The translations under genes and the position numbers were made by a program. A DNA stretch of 64,000 bases from Alphaproteobacteria bacterium (GTDB lineage: Bacteria; Pseudomonadota; Alphaproteobacteria; JAQWUY01): NCBI GenBank assembly GCA_965276005.1, contig OZ254962.1, positions 2,564,455-2,628,454 on the forward strand. Direction: 5' to 3'. The notes beneath the pieces were generated by a model, which worked only from the letters and a program-made list of their open reading frames with translations, was not told the DNA's origin and did no database searches. Below, piece after piece: positions 27,421 to 36,692 of the stretch. Within the stretch, counting starts at the first letter, position 1; each line of letters starts with the position of its first letter.

Positions 27421-29853
27421 ATGAAAAAGAGTGTTATCACATGTATTGTAGGGGTGATTCTATCTGCATGTGGCGACGGAGGAAGTACATCATTCCCTAC
27501 AGCTTTAAGCGGTGCGATCGCAGTGGGTGGTAGTGCCAGCGGTGCACAAGGGGGGCGTTTATTCCAACGCAATCAAGTTGCTAGCGGTGCTTATCAAGTA
27601 CCCTTTAGCGGTAACGGCGAACGCATCGGCATACTGGAAGGCAAAAGTGTATACAACGGCAACGCAGAATATCGCAACCGTATCGAATACGGATTAAAAG
27701 CACAAGGCGGTCGCTATACGGGGGTTATTCGCAACGATGTCCCCGCATTTCAAAGTGCCCGGGCACGACATGCGGACATGGTGACTTCTGTTGCCATTGG
27801 TAAGACTTTTGGCATTGCCCATCGGGCACGGGCGGTAGATTACAATTATGCATTTCCCATAGGCAACAGCTATTATTCGAATCACATCGAACTGGGCAGA
27901 ATATACAGCGATGCCAAATCCCGCAACTTGGTGGCTATGAATAACAGCTGGCGGACATGGTTACACGCAGAATACACCCGTGGTAGAAATGGCTATGACA
28001 GCAGTGCGGTACAAAGAGTCCAAGCAGCGGCAACCACATTGGGCGTAGACATAGACGGCAACGGTGTGAGCATGCAATACATATTTGGCAAGCGGTGTAG
28101 TAAATATAGCCGTTATTTGACTTATGCCGAAAATGGGCACCAAGTCTATACAAGCCAATACCGTGCCATATCGCAACAAGAATTACAATCGACTTATGAT
28201 TCACGGTGCAAAGGGGGATATTCCCCATATGCCAGCCGCAGTGTCTATGAAAAATATATCGGGGCGGATTTTATCCGTCAGATTGAAGCCGACAGTACCA
28301 ACGATCGTGATGCCCCTATATGGGTATGGGCGGCGGGCAATGACAACGAAGAAAACGGATCGTTATTTGCGAGCCTACCCGCACAGATTCCTAAGGCAGA
28401 AGACTATTGGCTGGCGGTGGTTGCCACCGAATATACCAGCGGGCAATATCGGCATACACGCTATTCGGCAACATGCGGACGCGCCCGGCGATATTGCTTA
28501 ACTGCTGTATCCGAAGGGGCAAGACATGTGACTTATGATGACAGGAGCTATGGCAATGGTGGCACTTCGGCGGCGGCACCGTCCGTGACGGCGGGGCTTG
28601 CGGTGGTAAAACAGGCGTTTCCCTCAAAAGATCGCCGCTGGGCAAGACGGCGGATATTGGCGACCGCATCGCACATCACCGCTGATGGCGAGCGGTTACG
28701 GGATGCAAACGGCAATATCGTCACCCCAGATGCACAAGGATATTCAAACATATTTGGCAGAGGCATTATGCGCTTGGACAAGGCGATTCAACCTATGGGC
28801 AATAGTGTCTTGTCCGTATCAGGGGCAAGTCTGGACGATGCGGAAAAATACTCCGTACAGGACAGCTTCATACACTCATCCCCAGTGTTTGGCGATGGGC
28901 TGAAACAAGGGCTGTCAAACATTGATACCAAAAAATTTGATGCTATGGGGGCGGAATTCGACTACAACATGGGCGACGGAGCATTCGTAACAGCGGCAAC
29001 AACCCCATCTAGGTTTTTAGATTTCGATGGTCAAAATGTATCTTACACCCCAACTCTTCACCATATTGGCACCAGCAATATGTCGTTTGTCGACACAGAC
29101 CCGTATCGATTTGCCAACTTTACATATACTGAGCAAAACTTGCCATTTATGCCAAAGGCGGAAAATCCTAAACGGCAACCGCTGCATATGTCCTATGCTT
29201 ACGATGCGGACAAGGCAATACAGATAAGTATCCCCAACCATGAAGATTACAGAGACATCGATTCTATGTCGTTACAATTTGTCTATGGCAAATTAACGCC
29301 AACCGTTGCGTCTGGTACCGTCCGCAGTGTCGGGCTACACACGGAACAAGGCACGGTTTTAGGCAGCAATTTTAGAGGGGCATATGGCGGCGTAGGACGG
29401 ACAAACACTGTTTATATGAACCGTACCACCCATTGGCAATGGGGCGATTGGAACTTGCGCTATAATTCTGTGTTTGGTATCAGCACCAGCAACGGTATAG
29501 GCGGTCGTAGCATACAGAATATATCCGGGCTGTTGTCCAGTAATTTCAGTGTGATTGCCCGCAAAGAATATCGTACAGGACAGCTGGGCATAGCATTTTA
29601 CCAACCGCTACGGGTGGAACGGGGCGTTATGGATGTGTCGTTTGTGTCTGATGTTCGCAACAACACAATGGTATCATACGACACCCAACAAGTAGACATC
29701 ACACCCAGTGGCAGAGAGATCGCATTCGAAGCCTATTACGATTTTGCCAACAGTCCATTTACCGTAAAAACCCACATCAGCAAGGATAAAAACCACATCA
29801 AAGGCAAGGACGACACCACCGTATTACTAAGGTATTTTAAACCGTTTAAATAA
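27421..29853 (+). CDS. Subtilisin-family (S8) serine protease lipoprotein with large beta-rich C-terminal region (SphB1/NalP-like)
   Basis: Lipobox LSAC at residues 14-17; oxyanion VWAAGNDNE; Ser motif GNGGTSAAAPSVTAGLAVV; 810 aa. The C-terminal ~300 aa have alternating hydrophobic beta-strand character. Confidence 0.75.
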   Translation: MKKSVITCIVGVILSACGDGGSTSFPTALSGAIAVGGSASGAQGGRLFQRNQVASGAYQVPFSGNGERIGILEGKSVYNGNAEYRNRIEYGLKAQGGRYTGVIRNDVPAFQSARARHADMVTSVAIGKTFGIAHRARAVDYNYAFPIGNSYYSNHIELGRIYSDAKSRNLVAMNNSWRTWLHAEYTRGRNGYDSSAVQRVQAAATTLGVDIDGNGVSMQYIFGKRCSKYSRYLTYAENGHQVYTSQYRAISQQELQSTYDSRCKGGYSPYASRSVYEKYIGADFIRQIEADSTNDRDAPIWVWAAGNDNEENGSLFASLPAQIPKAEDYWLAVVATEYTSGQYRHTRYSATCGRARRYCLTAVSEGARHVTYDDRSYGNGGTSAAAPSVTAGLAVVKQAFPSKDRRWARRRILATASHITADGERLRDANGNIVTPDAQGYSNIFGRGIMRLDKAIQPMGNSVLSVSGASLDDAEKYSVQDSFIHSSPVFGDGLKQGLSNIDTKKFDAMGAEFDYNMGDGAFVTAATTPSRFLDFDGQNVSYTPTLHHIGTSNMSFVDTDPYRFANFTYTEQNLPFMPKAENPKRQPLHMSYAYDADKAIQISIPNHEDYRDIDSMSLQFVYGKLTPTVASGTVRSVGLHTEQGTVLGSNFRGAYGGVGRTNTVYMNRTTHWQWGDWNLRYNSVFGISTSNGIGGRSIQNISGLLSSNFSVIARKEYRTGQLGIAFYQPLRVERGVMDVSFVSDVRNNTMVSYDTQQVDITPSGREIAFEAYYDFANSPFTVKTHISKDKNHIKGKDDTTVLLRYFKPFK

Positions 29854-30069
29854 TGGGTGCTTTAGGAAAAGGTAACGCCTTAGTAAAGGGGGGATAGTTG
29901 TTGTTTGTATGTGGTCGTCAATGGGGGGCATAGCCCCCCATTGACAGTATAAGCAAATATGGCAGATATGTTGTAGGTATCCAACAGGGTTTTCCAAGAA
30001 AAAAATCCCGTTGACAACACACCAACATTATGATAGTGTGTTACATTCATGGACAGTGGGGAAAAAATT

Positions 30070-30744
30070 ATGCACGCAGAAGTTATTACAGTCGATACGC
30101 TATCTATCGCCAAAAGGTTACAAGCCTCTGGTATAATCGAGGAGCATGCGAAAGCTATTGCCAATGAACAGGTAAACACGATAAATGCGAATTTGGCTAC
30201 TAAGGGTGATATTGAACAGTTTCAAGCCGAGACCAAAAAAGACATTAAATGGTTGCAATATGAGACCAAAAAAGACATTGAATTGTTGCAATCTGAGATC
30301 AAAAAAGATATTGAATTGTTGCAATCTGAGACTAAAAAGGACATTGCCAATATCTATAAAGAGATCGAGCGGTTTCAAATGGAGACCAAAAAAGATATTG
30401 CCAATATTCATAAAGAGATCGAACGGTTTCAAGCGGAAACTAAAAAAGACATTGAACGGTTTCAAGCGGAGACCAAAAAAGACATTGAACGGTTGCAAGC
30501 GGAGACCAAAAAAGATATTGCCAATATTTATAAAGAGATCGAACGGTTTCAAGCGGAGAGCAAGAAAGACATTGAACGCATGCAGGCTGAAAACAAAAAA
30601 GACATCGAACAGCACCGATTCGATACTACAAAGGATATTCGGATTGCCATGTATAAGACAGCTGGTTTTACGATTACCAGCATTGTAACCTTGTTGACCG
30701 TTATTCAAATTGTTATTGTGATATTGACACCGGTTGGGTCATAA
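30070..30744 (+). CDS. DUF1640-like coiled-coil membrane protein with tandem 11/18-aa repeats (ETKKDIE[R/L][F/L]QA...) and C-terminal TM helix
   Basis: N-terminus DTLSIAKRLQASGIIEEHAKAIANE typical of DUF1640; repeats are also tandem at the DNA level (33/54-bp units, 30229-30600); GGGGA RBS before the ATG at 30070. Confidence 0.55.
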   Translation: MHAEVITVDTLSIAKRLQASGIIEEHAKAIANEQVNTINANLATKGDIEQFQAETKKDIKWLQYETKKDIELLQSEIKKDIELLQSETKKDIANIYKEIERFQMETKKDIANIHKEIERFQAETKKDIERFQAETKKDIERLQAETKKDIANIYKEIERFQAESKKDIERMQAENKKDIEQHRFDTTKDIRIAMYKTAGFTITSIVTLLTVIQIVIVILTPVGS

Positions 30745-30878
30745 AAAACGAAAGGTGCCTTGCGGCAGGGGCTTCGTATTATCGTCCAAACTCGCACCCA
30801 AGCGGCGTTCGATGTAACAAAAAGTCGAATATATTTTCCTTTAAAAACAATGATATAGAATATCATATAGAAGAGAAG

Positions 30879-30893
30879 TTTTTTTTTTTTTTT
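30879..30893 (+). repeat. Homopolymeric T15 tract immediately upstream of the putative promoter of the TPS-domain giant gene
   Basis: gaagagaag-T15-aaatttt; 21 bp upstream of TTGACA at 30914. Confidence 0.9.
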
Positions 30894-30913
30894 AAATTTT
30901 AATAAAATTTTGC

Positions 30914-30943
30914 TTGACATTCCCAATTTGGATATGGTACACT
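30914..30943 (+). promoter_or_regulatory. Candidate promoter TTGACA-18-TACACT (alternative -10 TATAAA at 30945) for the 31082 gene
   Basis: Consensus -35 hexamer; about 140 bp upstream of the start codon. Confidence 0.35.
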
Positions 30944-31081
30944 GTATAAATGCGTAAGTATGTATACGGTGTTATTTGCGTATGTTAGATTAAATTTTTG
31001 TTTTATGGTTACTTGGTGATCACATACAAGATGCGGAGAGGGCGTTTTGTGTGGAGATGTGCCGGATTTAGGAGATATGTG

Positions 31082-34000
31082 ATGAGATGTGATAAAAAAG
31101 TGTTTATGGTGGCGTCATCGTTGTATGCTGCTGGTATGTTGTCTGGTGGTTTTGCCTATGCGGGCGGGCTTCCCAGTGGGGGGCAGGTCGTTGATGGCAG
31201 TGCCAGTATTTCCCAACAGGGCGACACCCTGAATATAAATCAGCAATCGGATAAAGCGATTATCAGCTGGAAAGATTTTTCTGTAGGCAAGGGCAATACG
31301 GTAAATTTCAATCAGCCGGCTAGTGATTCGGCAACTTTAAATCGGGTTACGGGGGATTTTACTTCTGAGATTGCCGGACAGATTAACGCTAATGGTAGCG
31401 TATTCTTAATAAACCCCAATGGGATACTGATTACTGCGGATGGTGTTATCGACACGGGCGGTTTTGTCGCCTCGACTCTCGACATCGACACCAACGATTT
31501 TTTGAATGGCGATTATACATTTACAAAAAGCGGTAGCAATGGCGTTGTTTCGAATCGGGGTCATATTTCGGTCGATGATGGCGGTTTTGTTGCCCTACTA
31601 GGCGGGGCGGTGAAAAACAGCGGCGTTGTCCGTGCCCATGTGGGTAAAGTAGGCTTTGGTGGCGGTGAAAAAATTGTAATGTCATTCGGCAACAACGATT
31701 TTTTACGGGTCGAAGTACCAACGGATAAATGGGACAAGCTGACCGATTCGCAAGGCAATAAAGTGCTTGCGACTGTTGACTTGGGCGGCACTGTCGACTC
31801 TCGGGGCGGCTTTATCGACATAGCCGTTGCCGATGCGGCGGATATTTTACGGCAGTCGATTTCCATAACCGGGGTGGTATCTGCAAACACTGTGTCCTCC
31901 ACAGACGGGGTTATATCGATTAGTGGCGGTTCGTTGGGGGTTATCGGTAACGGGCGAATCACCGCTGATGCGGATTATGGCAATGCGGGTAGCATAAATG
32001 TCGCCGTAGATTCCATCGATGGCAACGGTCGATTTTCTGCGGCATCACAAAATGGCACTGGAGGAAAAATTAAAATATCGTTACAACACGGGGCGGATTT
32101 AACCGTTGGTGCAAGTTTTGATGTGTCTGGTCGCACCGCTGGGGGGAGTCTGTCGTTTATTGGTGGACTATCCGGCAAAGGTGAGTCGAAAATATTAGGG
32201 TCGATAGATTTTAAAGCCGACAGTACAGACGGTAAAGGCGGATATATCGACATTGGCAACAAGGGCGGCTTAGTCGGTCTGTTCTCTGGTACCTTATCGG
32301 CAACCGGTAAGGTGCAAGGCGGGCGAATCCGTGTGGGCGGGGCGTTTCAAGGCGGCGGCTATGACCCAAAAACCAGCCAACTCGACACCAAGACCCAAGA
32401 TTTATTTGCAACCCGTTGGGCGGATAACAGCTCCCTTGTTAGTGCCAGCAAAACTTCGCTGGGCACGGGCGTAAATGTCGTCGTATCGTCTGCATCCGGC
32501 ACAGGCGGCACGGCTATTTTATGGGCGGATCATACCACCAATAACTATGCGGCTATCGATGCCACTGGTGCCACTGGTGGCGGTGCGGTGGAAATATCTG
32601 GTAAGAAACAGGTCAAAAGTTTTGGCTTAGCCCGGGTAAAAGCCGGCAATGGGGTTATTTTACTCGATCCGAAAAATATACGCATTACCGCAGAATGGGG
32701 CAGTGCAGCAAGCCAAGTACAACAGATTGCATCTGCATGGGATCATTGGCGAAATGGTAAGTTTGGTGCCAGTGTAGCGTTAAGCCGTGACGGCAATACG
32801 ATGGCCGTAGGGGCTCCCGGCGTTGATCTTAATAAAGGTGCGGTATATATTTACGATGTTGCCGGTGGCAAATGGGGGGCGACAGCAACACATAGCCGTA
32901 CCATTAAACATGACACTCGTATTTATGTGGAATCGACGGGTCGCATGGGTAGCGTGCATTTAGAGGATAATGGTAAAAAACATTACTTTGGTAGTAGTGT
33001 AGCACTGAATGACGATGGAAAGTACCTAGCTGTCGGTGCTCCCTCCGGTGGTGGTGCTAGTAAAGGTGAGGTGAGTCTGTTTCATCTTGGTAGCATAGCC
33101 TATTATTCTACACCTGGTAAGGGGAGTACACTTGTGAGAAAGAGACGGATTCAATATGGTGGTTCACATAATGGCGATCGCATTACAGTGTCTGGTGGTG
33201 CAAGTGACCCTCAGTTTGGTTCTGCTGTAGCCATCAGTGATGATGGAAAGAGAATGGCTGTTGGGGCATCTAATGAACTTCACAGTGGGTGTGCTGGTCA
33301 TTCACATTGCAGAGGGGCAGTATATGTAATCACGACAGATTCATGGAACTCGAACAGGTGGGGCAATTCAAAGTATTTGAAGATTGATAACAAACAGTCA
33401 GCAATGACATGGGTAACCTCTAGTGCTCACGGTAGCTCGTCCCAAAATCGTTTGTATGATAATCACCGCTTCGGTTTTAGTTTGGCTATGAGTAGCGATG
33501 GAACGAAGCTAGCTGTTGGGGATCCTGCCCATCGGCGTTTTGATACTAATTATTCGTATGGGCACGAAAAGGGAGGGAAACAAATAGGGGCGGTACACCT
33601 ACTCGGAATTATTTATAAAGAGGATGATGACGGTAGTGTTACCGATATCAAACCGTATTATGCACGGTTGGTTACACATAGTAGCTCAGCAGCGGATGAT
33701 GAGTTTGGCAGCAGTGTTGCGTTGAGTGGTGATGGCTTCAAATTGGCTGTCGGGGCACCGAATCACGATAGCGGTGTCTCCGGTGATAACAAGTATGGGG
33801 CGGTGTATCTGTACCGCATTCCAGCTAATGGGTGGGCTGTGAGTATAAGTAGGATTGAAGGAAATAATAACCATCCAATCTTTGAGAGAAAGATCGATGT
33901 CGAATATGATAGTTTTGGACTTTTTGGAATGAGTAGTTCTAATAAATTGGACAAGGATCATTTGTTCGGTTCATCTGTGGCACTCAATGGGACAGGCGAT

Positions 34001-36322
34001 AGGTTGGTTGTCGGGTCACCCGGTGTGAAGAATAACTCAGGACATGTGCGATTGATAAATGTTTCCAGTATGAAAGCGATTGTAGAAGGAAAATTAAATG
34101 ATGGTACAAATCTCACCTATTATGCCAGTAACAATATCACCATAGATGCGGATATAACAGCCAGCAGTGGTAAACTTAACTTAATCGCCGGCAAATCGAT
34201 CGAAATTAACAATGATATAAAAGTCAATGGCGGGCTTGTACTAAAAGCCAATGACGCCAGCGATAGTGATTTTATTTTAAGCGAACGGGACACAGGCAAA
34301 GCGGAAATCACCGTTGCAGCAGGCAAAAAGCTAGAGACCAATGGCGATTTGATTATCAAAATGCTAACGGGTGCAAGCGGTGCCGCTAATAACAAAAAAC
34401 AAACCGGCAAAATCACTGTCGACAAAGTAAAAGGCGAACGGGTTAGCATTGCGTATGCAGGTGCAACCAATGCAGACAGCGATTCAGAAATTGTTATCCG
34501 CAACGGTGGGCAAGTCGAGGCGACTAAATCTCCATCATCCGCAGAGGTTGTCTTGGAACTCAAAGCAGACAAATTTACCAACCTATCAAATAGTAATGCT
34601 TTAAAAACAGCATCAAAGGGTCTGTACTTGGTGTGGGCAAAAACCCCTGCAACTAACACTATGAATGGCATAGCCAACTATGGTTTTGTGCAATTTAACA
34701 AGCCATACAGTGGTAGTGGTTGGAACAACACTGGGCTTGCTGAGAGAGATAAAAGTGCCTTTATATACAGTGCTAATCCATCCTTAGCTATGTCATTTAC
34801 AGGCGAAAAAACCAAGGTGTATGATGGCACTTCTGCACCAGCAGGCAACACCTTTGCGTTCAAAAACAACGGGGTTTATAATGGATTGAAGTTTAAAATC
34901 GGTGGGTATGTGGACACTTCGTCCAATAAGCACTTTAATTTCAAAGGCACCTTTACCACCAATGCCAGCGGTAAGTTTTACAACACAGCCGGCACTGCGG
35001 AACAAAAAGATGCGGGAAGCAACTTAACCTTGAAATTTACAGGACATGCCATGTCGTATGTGGATGGCAACAATGTAACCGCATACGGCTTGGTGTCCGT
35101 GCCCACCATAGACGATGTAACCGGTGCATCAATTACTCGAAAAACCTTGAAAGTTAGTGCAACTTACAGCAACCGTGAGTATGACGGCACAACAAATGTG
35201 ACAATAGATCCAGCGACTGTAACCATCGACGGTTGGGTCGCTGGCGAAGGCAACAGCAATGTTAATAATGTGTTTAACGGTTCGTTGACGGCAACAGCTG
35301 CTGAGAAAGATGTGGGTACTCATATCGTAACATTAGGCGGATCTAATGGTTTAAAAGCACCATATGCAACGAACTATAAGCCTGAATATGACAACAGCAA
35401 GTCTATTACTATCAATCCAAAATCCTTACAACTAAAAATGAGCGACTTGTTTGTAAAAGACCGAAACTATGCATCAGGAGTATTACATGCCCCCGTGTCT
35501 ATCAAAGACGGTGAAAAGGGGTTTGATAGCGGCGATTTGGTGAATGGTGATAGCGGCGTAACATTAACAATAGCTAACGGGGCGTTTGTATATAAAGATG
35601 ATAATATCGGAAGTAACAAAGAAGTATTCATCGGTGATAAAGACAAGTTTACACTAAATTCCCAAAACTATGAATTGCAATACAGATTTAGGAGTCTTGA
35701 TTCTGCTAAAGGTGCACTCACCACACTGAGAGGGAATATTAAAGCCACAGACTCTGACGACAGTGATGGTGATGGTAAAAAAGACTTAGCCACCCCCGGT
35801 GGCAGTGGCGGCGGTAGCGGTGGCGGTGGCGGCGGCGGTGATTCGGGTGCTGGCGTTGTTCTGTTAGGTGCCGGTGCTGTCGTGGCGACGCAAACCGGTG
35901 TGTTAGCCAAAGTTACAGCAGCTGCAACAGCGGCAGCCGGAGCGGCAGGAGCCGCAAGTGGTGCCGGTGCCGCAGGGGCAGGGGCAGCAGGTGCCGGCGG
36001 TGCAGGTGGTGCAAGTGGCACATTAGGTGCCCCACTTGGCAGCATCGACACCATATTCAACAGCGGTGTATACGCCCACCTGAGCGGTATCGATATGCAG
36101 GCACTATATCAACCACAAACCCCCATACCATCCATATTTAACACCCCACAAAAGGTAACATACAAAGCCAAATACACCACCACATACGATATGACAATTC
36201 TTGCCAATAACATCAAGGCACAAAAGGTAGTACCTCTGTACGAACTGGACGAAAAAATGTACGAAACCTTGAAACGCATATTTGTACATAGCGGCGAAAC
36301 AGACGACACCCCCCATAGTTAA
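31082..36322 (+). CDS. Giant TpsA-type exoprotein: N-terminal TPS/haemagglutination-activity domain fused to FG-GAP repeats, an MBG-like (…REYDGTTNVTID…) region, a beta-helix-like block, a Gly/Ala-rich linker and a C-terminal domain shared with gene 1
   Basis: TPS hallmarks LNINQQSDKAIISWKDFSVGKGNTVNFNQP ... ANGSVFLINPNGILI (NPNGI). FG-GAP units (FGASVALSRDGNTMAVGAP...GAVYIYDV etc.). LNLIAGKSIEINNDIKVNGGLVLKANDAS...GKAEITVAAGK is ~70% identical to gene 1. C-terminal GVYAHLSGIDMQALYQP...KYTTTYDMTILANNIKAQKVVPLYELDEKMYETLKRIFV. The start at 31082 is chosen to give a signal-peptide-like N-terminus (the ORF track begins at 30998). Confidence 0.85.
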   Translation: MRCDKKVFMVASSLYAAGMLSGGFAYAGGLPSGGQVVDGSASISQQGDTLNINQQSDKAIISWKDFSVGKGNTVNFNQPASDSATLNRVTGDFTSEIAGQINANGSVFLINPNGILITADGVIDTGGFVASTLDIDTNDFLNGDYTFTKSGSNGVVSNRGHISVDDGGFVALLGGAVKNSGVVRAHVGKVGFGGGEKIVMSFGNNDFLRVEVPTDKWDKLTDSQGNKVLATVDLGGTVDSRGGFIDIAVADAADILRQSISITGVVSANTVSSTDGVISISGGSLGVIGNGRITADADYGNAGSINVAVDSIDGNGRFSAASQNGTGGKIKISLQHGADLTVGASFDVSGRTAGGSLSFIGGLSGKGESKILGSIDFKADSTDGKGGYIDIGNKGGLVGLFSGTLSATGKVQGGRIRVGGAFQGGGYDPKTSQLDTKTQDLFATRWADNSSLVSASKTSLGTGVNVVVSSASGTGGTAILWADHTTNNYAAIDATGATGGGAVEISGKKQVKSFGLARVKAGNGVILLDPKNIRITAEWGSAASQVQQIASAWDHWRNGKFGASVALSRDGNTMAVGAPGVDLNKGAVYIYDVAGGKWGATATHSRTIKHDTRIYVESTGRMGSVHLEDNGKKHYFGSSVALNDDGKYLAVGAPSGGGASKGEVSLFHLGSIAYYSTPGKGSTLVRKRRIQYGGSHNGDRITVSGGASDPQFGSAVAISDDGKRMAVGASNELHSGCAGHSHCRGAVYVITTDSWNSNRWGNSKYLKIDNKQSAMTWVTSSAHGSSSQNRLYDNHRFGFSLAMSSDGTKLAVGDPAHRRFDTNYSYGHEKGGKQIGAVHLLGIIYKEDDDGSVTDIKPYYARLVTHSSSAADDEFGSSVALSGDGFKLAVGAPNHDSGVSGDNKYGAVYLYRIPANGWAVSISRIEGNNNHPIFERKIDVEYDSFGLFGMSSSNKLDKDHLFGSSVALNGTGDRLVVGSPGVKNNSGHVRLINVSSMKAIVEGKLNDGTNLTYYASNNITIDADITASSGKLNLIAGKSIEINNDIKVNGGLVLKANDASDSDFILSERDTGKAEITVAAGKKLETNGDLIIKMLTGASGAANNKKQTGKITVDKVKGERVSIAYAGATNADSDSEIVIRNGGQVEATKSPSSAEVVLELKADKFTNLSNSNALKTASKGLYLVWAKTPATNTMNGIANYGFVQFNKPYSGSGWNNTGLAERDKSAFIYSANPSLAMSFTGEKTKVYDGTSAPAGNTFAFKNNGVYNGLKFKIGGYVDTSSNKHFNFKGTFTTNASGKFYNTAGTAEQKDAGSNLTLKFTGHAMSYVDGNNVTAYGLVSVPTIDDVTGASITRKTLKVSATYSNREYDGTTNVTIDPATVTIDGWVAGEGNSNVNNVFNGSLTATAAEKDVGTHIVTLGGSNGLKAPYATNYKPEYDNSKSITINPKSLQLKMSDLFVKDRNYASGVLHAPVSIKDGEKGFDSGDLVNGDSGVTLTIANGAFVYKDDNIGSNKEVFIGDKDKFTLNSQNYELQYRFRSLDSAKGALTTLRGNIKATDSDDSDGDGKKDLATPGGSGGGSGGGGGGGDSGAGVVLLGAGAVVATQTGVLAKVTAAATAAAGAAGAASGAGAAGAGAAGAGGAGGASGTLGAPLGSIDTIFNSGVYAHLSGIDMQALYQPQTPIPSIFNTPQKVTYKAKYTTTYDMTILANNIKAQKVVPLYELDEKMYETLKRIFVHSGETDDTPHS

Positions 36323-36422
36323 GGATGGGTGTTGTCCTTTCGGCACATGTTAGATGCGGTTAAGGCATTCGTTATGTATTTTTATTCTTGACATATAAAA
36401 ATCCATATAGTATATATATGGT

Positions 36423-36680
36423 ATGGTTACTGTTAGGCAAGTTTATTGGACAAAGGATGCTCAGAAATTTATGGACAGCTTGCCTGCCGATGTGTCCGAA
36501 CGGATATATAAAGCGGTGCGTAAAGTTGCAGATGGCAACAATGCCAATGTGGTAAAACTTGTTGGGTCGCCATATTATCGCTTGCGTGTCGGTAAGTGGC
36601 GGGTGATTTTTAATGACGATGGGGTCATTGTCGAGATTATTGAAATAGGTTCCCGTGGTTCCATTTATAAGCGTAGATAG
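36423..36680 (+). CDS. RelE/ParE-family (HigB/Gp49-like) toxin
   Basis: 85 aa, ...YRLRVGKWRVIFNDDGVIVEIIEIGSRG pattern; followed by an XRE-HTH partner. Confidence 0.7.
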   Translation: MVTVRQVYWTKDAQKFMDSLPADVSERIYKAVRKVADGNNANVVKLVGSPYYRLRVGKWRVIFNDDGVIVEIIEIGSRGSIYKRR

Positions 36681-36692
36681 GAAAAAAATAGT

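Noticed and set aside
30118-30708. ORFs 30118..30708 (-) and 30185..30688 (+) overlapping the DUF1640-like gene
   Set aside because: These are repeat-generated alternate frames (KKTLNGC... and FNVFF... periodic translations). The sense frame has an RBS and a TM anchor.
35668-36060. Pro/Ala-rich minus-strand ORF
   Set aside because: It is the antisense of the GC-rich Gly/Ala linker of giant gene 2.
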